Virus record (IMG/VR): IMGVR_UViG_3300044878_000197
Coordinates: 1-29,213 of that record
Direction: 5' to 3' (one strand)
Source of the DNA: a virus
Taxonomy: Duplodnaviria; Caudoviricetes
DNA: 29,213 bases
The first letter of the stretch is position 1. The number at the start of each line of letters is the position of its first letter. The position numbers were made by a program, and so were the translations under genes. Below the pieces are notes generated by a model. The model did not search any database, was not told where the DNA came from, and saw only the letters and a program-made list of their open reading frames with translations. This document shows, in pieces, positions 25,389 to 29,213 of this stretch.

Positions 25389-26156
25389 ATGGTGGAGATT
25401 GATGAGCAAATCATTGAGGTGGATGGCCAATTGACGGCAAGGCGCGTGACGATGGCTAATGCCTTAGCCAGAGCTGCCCATAGCCTGACATTCTCGGAAA
25501 AGCGCCTTGTTTGCATCGCAATCTCGAAACTTGATAGCAAAAAGGCTAGGCAACCAAACGAGATCATCAGGACAAAGATCACGGCTTTTGAGTTCGCCGA
25601 AGCTTTCAAAGTTGACATCGACACCGCCTACAATCAGCTAAAGAGTGCCAGTGGCAACCTGATGAAGCGCCATGTAGAGATCTATAGACCGGCATTCCGT
25701 AGGGGTGGAAAGCCGCTACCTGACACCGTAGTTCGAATGCAATGGGTTGGAGAGGCAGCCTACCAGGTTGGGGAAGGCTGGATCGAGCTAGCATGGTGGC
25801 CTGCGATAATTCCGCACCTGACAGGCCTGAAGAAGAACTTTACGACCTACCTGCTCCAGCAGACAGTCGGACTTAGGACTCTGAGCTCCTGGCGCCTCCT
25901 TGAGCTGCTAACGAGCTTTTCCACGAACGGTTGGCTAGAGATCCCTATCGAAGACTTCTACAAGTCGATGGAAGTCACTGAGAAGCAGCAGCAAGACTTT
26001 GCTAAGGTGCGCACCAAACACATTGAGCCGGCCATTGCAGAGCTTCATGCTAAGGATGGGTGGAAAATCTCCTGGAAGCCAATCAAGTCAGGCAGAAAGG
26101 TAGTGGCTCTTCGATTCGACTTTAAGCGAGATGACCAGCTAAGGATGGATGTTTGA
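25389..26156 (+). CDS. Plasmid replication initiator, Rep_3 (RepB) family
   Basis: VTMANALARAAHSLTFSEKRL, SSWRLLELL, IEPAIAEL, KSGRKVVALRF; directly after iterons and DnaA box. Confidence 0.93.
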   Translation: MVEIDEQIIEVDGQLTARRVTMANALARAAHSLTFSEKRLVCIAISKLDSKKARQPNEIIRTKITAFEFAEAFKVDIDTAYNQLKSASGNLMKRHVEIYRPAFRRGGKPLPDTVVRMQWVGEAAYQVGEGWIELAWWPAIIPHLTGLKKNFTTYLLQQTVGLRTLSSWRLLELLTSFSTNGWLEIPIEDFYKSMEVTEKQQQDFAKVRTKHIEPAIAELHAKDGWKISWKPIKSGRKVVALRFDFKRDDQLRMDV

Positions 26157-27129
26157 TATGAGCCAGACCAAGAAATCGACCTACGACATGTACACCACAA
26201 TGCTTGCAAAAACAGAAAAGGTCATCAGGTCGAAGATGGTGCCTAAGGTAAACACCAAGCACCAGCTCGGCCATGCACTAAGAGAGAATCCTTGGATGCG
26301 CCAGACCCTGGAGTTTTCGATCTACCTCGAAGAATATCTGTGGGAGCGAGATGGTCGCCAAGTGATTTTTCCAGAGTCGGCTGCAGTAGTCGACAACCTG
26401 ATGCGTGCAAGCTTTGACCTTGATAGCTGCGATGGCTTCAGCCTGCCTTTCCGTTCGATGGTCGTTGCAATGCCTGCCGGGTACGTCCACAACGGACTCA
26501 AGATCCCATCGTTTCTGGCTACGTTTGCACGCAACAACACTCCGGACGAGAAGCTGCACCCATTCCTGGACGCGGTCAAAGAGTCGCACTCCGACTATCG
26601 AATCGACGGCAATGCCTCGGAAAGAGTCTTGGTGATCCAGTACCGGGACAACACCGACTCCTGGGCCAAGGTCAGCATCGTCGACACCGACCTTCCTCGC
26701 ATATTGAAGTGCAAGGACGCGGCCACCTTCAGCAAAGAGCTCGGGATGTACAAAGGCATCAAGCGCGGGTTTTCGGAGTACACCGACCAAGACCGCGAGA
26801 TCCACTTTTTTGCACTCAAACTCGTGGCCTCAATGGGCGTGTACTGCCTGGCAACTGGCGGCAAGCGGCTTCTGGATGGCTTTCCAGGGGCGACCATGCC
26901 AAAACTCATGGGGCACGACGGATCGACAGGTATGCGCCTCAGCACGCTGCAGAGCGTCGTCAGGACGAAGGAGTCGCCAGAGGCTCACTATCGGGCTTGG
27001 CATTTCCGCCAGTTGCGTGATGATCGGTTCTACCGTGGCGAGCACGCGCACGCGCCAAAGGGCTCAAGGTACGTGTTCGTCTCCGATGCGATGATCGGTC
27101 AAAAAGTCGACCCATCAACGATGGTCTGA
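26149..27129 (+). CDS. Hypothetical protein overlapping rep
   Basis: 326 aa; C-terminal SPEAHYRAWHFRQL motif. Confidence 0.8.
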   Translation: MFDMSQTKKSTYDMYTTMLAKTEKVIRSKMVPKVNTKHQLGHALRENPWMRQTLEFSIYLEEYLWERDGRQVIFPESAAVVDNLMRASFDLDSCDGFSLPFRSMVVAMPAGYVHNGLKIPSFLATFARNNTPDEKLHPFLDAVKESHSDYRIDGNASERVLVIQYRDNTDSWAKVSIVDTDLPRILKCKDAATFSKELGMYKGIKRGFSEYTDQDREIHFFALKLVASMGVYCLATGGKRLLDGFPGATMPKLMGHDGSTGMRLSTLQSVVRTKESPEAHYRAWHFRQLRDDRFYRGEHAHAPKGSRYVFVSDAMIGQKVDPSTMV

Positions 27130-27345
27130 TGAGCTAGAATTGCGACCCGAGGGCGCATGGATGTCGGGGAGCATAAACCCTGAGGTAGCGGTTCTGGGGG
27201 AGTTAAGGGACTTCCTACGGATCAAGGCACTACCAGCCCTCTCCTCTTCCCAAAGGCGCGCAGTCGCCTTTCGTGGCATTCAGCCATCTAGATCGTTGTC
27301 TACTTACATCTCCACGCACAAACCAATCTCCTCGCATGGTCAACA

Positions 27346-27456
27346 TCGGAACTGCGAAATCCTACATCCGAATTCTTACTTCCGAAATCAGAATTCGGAT
27401 ATCGGATATCGGATATATGAATCGGATATCCGATATCCGATATAGGGGTTCCGAAA
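27346..27456. repeat. Long heptad array (about 16 units, TCGGATA/TCCGAWW; site D)
   Basis: 7-bp phased units in both orientations, same consensus as the par-linked arrays. Confidence 0.8.
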
Positions 27457-27563
27457 TGAAGATGCAATATACGACTAAAGTCTAAGCCCGATGAGTGGCA
27501 CTGGTGTGCCAGATCGCCCTACATATAATGCGCCGGCAATTACAAATACAAGGGAAAACAAGC

Positions 27564-27818
27564 ATGTACATCAACTATGACGCCGCACCTGGCGAGCTGA
27601 GCATCAACCAAGATGCGGCCTCCAGAGTCTTCGGTGTCGTTGATTTTGTCGATTCATTGATCATGGGCGAGGCGTCAAGCACACTCACTAAAGGGCTGCG
27701 AGACGTATTGCTGGATGGCGAAGCATGGAACTGTATGTGCAGGAAGCACGGGTTACATCTGACTTTGTCAGCAATTGGGGATTTGCACGATCTGCTTGAC
27801 GTCAACAAGCGACCGTAG
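27564..27818 (+). CDS. Hypothetical protein
   Basis: 84 aa, AGGGA RBS, stops at a terminator. Confidence 0.6.
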   Translation: MYINYDAAPGELSINQDAASRVFGVVDFVDSLIMGEASSTLTKGLRDVLLDGEAWNCMCRKHGLHLTLSAIGDLHDLLDVNKRP

Positions 27819-27822
27819 AAGC

Positions 27823-27847
27823 AGGGCGCCTGAGGGGCGCCCTTTTT
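27823..27847 (+). terminator. Terminator between convergent operons
   Basis: AGGGCGCC/GGCGCCCT plus T run. Confidence 0.8.
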
Positions 27848-27852
27848 GTTGG

Positions 27853-28548
27853 TTATGCAGCCGCCTTTTTTGCCAGGTTCATCGCCTGGGCGCGAGCTTT
27901 CGAGGCCGCTGAGGCAACAACCACTTCGGGCTCGTCCACGGGCTTGTAGGCAGATGGATCGGACATCGGCAAGTCGGTATCGCCGTTCTTGATCCAGTCC
28001 TTGAATGCGCGGATCGACAACTCTGTCACCTGGCCAACCTTCCAGCCCTCGTTAAAGTTGGCTTCGTAGGCTTTGACGGCGGCGTGCTTGTTTGCGAATC
28101 CAAGCATGATCTTGTGCTCGTCAAACTTGCCATTCCCCTGGTCGATTTGATCAACCACGAAGACTTTGTCGCTGTCAGGCTTTGGCCCAACGTAGACGTC
28201 CAGGGCATCACCGTCAGCGCCCATGCTGCCCCTGATGTAGCCGTAATGATCGCTCATGGTATGAGACCACGCGGTGCCATCCCTGTCCTTGCCGGAGCGA
28301 TCTGAGCCACGCGGGTTTTCGATCAGGATGTTCAGGCCCTGCAACGAGATCTTGCCCTTCTTGTAGTTACCGGCCTCTTTCTGCAGATCTGATGGCTCCT
28401 TGCGCTCGTTCTTCGGCGATGTGGCCGCCTCATGAGCCCCGGCATCAATGTCTTGAGGTTGGACAGGAGGCGAAGTCTCGACAGGAGCCTTGGCCCCCGG
28501 AGGGGCCTCCTTGTTTTTGCTACCAAATTCTTTGAAAAGGTCTCTCAC
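27853..28548 (-). CDS. Stand-alone inorganic pyrophosphatase-like (InPase) domain protein
   Basis: QKEAGNYKKG, IENPRGS.RSG, HYGYI.G..GADGD.LDVYVGP, VFVVDQ, FDEHKIMLGF match the InPase domain of phage polyvalent proteins. Confidence 0.85.
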   Translation of the reverse strand: MRDLFKEFGSKNKEAPPGAKAPVETSPPVQPQDIDAGAHEAATSPKNERKEPSDLQKEAGNYKKGKISLQGLNILIENPRGSDRSGKDRDGTAWSHTMSDHYGYIRGSMGADGDALDVYVGPKPDSDKVFVVDQIDQGNGKFDEHKIMLGFANKHAAVKAYEANFNEGWKVGQVTELSIRAFKDWIKNGDTDLPMSDPSAYKPVDEPEVVVASAASKARAQAMNLAKKAAA

Positions 28549-29213
28549 TGGATCTTCCCACCATTCTTTTTAACGTGGTCGATGACTTCCTGCTCGCTGA
28601 CGCCGTATTGCTTCGCCGTGGCCCGAATGTCATCCATCGACACCGGATCTGGCTCGGTTGCCTTGTCGTACGAGTTGTCGTGGAAAAAGTAGTTGGTCGG
28701 CCCTACCAGCTTGATCCTTTCTTTGACGCCGTCATCGACCGTGGCCAGCCACTTTTGGAACACCGGGGCCTTTTTCATGGCCATATCGGCTGCCTGGGTT
28801 GCTGCGGTCGATTTGCCATCGGATTTGGCGTAGGCGATCATGGATGCGCGTAACTTAGGGCTCGACAACACATCGTCAGCAGCCTTGATTGCAGACTTGT
28901 TCTGACCCATGAATTTAACAGTTGCTTCCCTCGATAGGACTGCGGCTGCACCGAGGCCAGGGGTTCCGAAGAACAGGCCGGGAACCTCTGCTGCAGCGAC
29001 TTTCGCACCGATAGCACCGACGTTGTAAAGCTTAGATATTGCCCCGCCTCGACTGCTGATGTCCTTGACAACAGAGTCGAACTTGCCAGTTGTAATCTTG
29101 TGTTTTTGCCCTTCGTAGATACCGTCCGTAAGCGTATAAAGGCTTTTCATTCGAGCCTGGGCTTCTTCAGGAATGTACTGATTTAGGCGTTTCATTGCCT
29201 CGGGGGATCTGGA
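28545..29213 (-). CDS. 3' end of a probable large virion/ejection protein (partial)
   Basis: Frame open to the window edge, Ala/Gly-rich helical character, coupled to the InPase gene. Confidence 0.55.
   Translation of the reverse strand, partial: SRSPEAMKRLNQYIPEEAQARMKSLYTLTDGIYEGQKHKITTGKFDSVVKDISSRGGAISKLYNVGAIGAKVAAAEVPGLFFGTPGLGAAAVLSREATVKFMGQNKSAIKAADDVLSSPKLRASMIAYAKSDGKSTAATQAADMAMKKAPVFQKWLATVDDGVKERIKLVGPTNYFFHDNSYDKATEPDPVSMDDIRATAKQYGVSEQEVIDHVKKNGGKIQ

Noticed and set aside
24975-25430. 151-aa ORF with TGSEGDL repeats, and possible CRISPR-like array
   Set aside because: It is the translation of the 21-bp iterons; the repeats are contiguous with no spacers and no cas genes
1-29213. 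N15-like linear phage-plasmid or integrated prophage
   Set aside because: The repressor resembles the N15 type, but no protelomerase, long telomere palindrome, integrase or att-linked tRNA was seen in this window

Overview
The window holds the non-structural half of a temperate, probably podovirus-like phage, flanked at both ends by virion genes. The host is likely a Pseudomonas, inferred from SutA-like, FolA-like and NrdA-tail-like sequences. In order: portal, terminase and lysis cassette (minus strand); single-gene early cassettes with their own promoters and a shared operator; an AT-rich mobilisation module (MOB_P relaxase, MobC, oriT); a structured non-coding region resembling a ColE1-type RNA-primer origin; type Ib partitioning genes with dispersed 7-bp arrays; ssb; a cI/cro switch; an O-like initiator with internal iterons plus DnaB; an inverted DHFR; nin-like genes; a Rep_3 iteron replicon; and the end of the virion operon. 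No integrase, protelomerase or Q antiterminator was recognised. The best reading is a circular phage-plasmid that is also conjugatively mobilisable and may carry three replicons. All family calls are motif recognition from memory; no searches were run.
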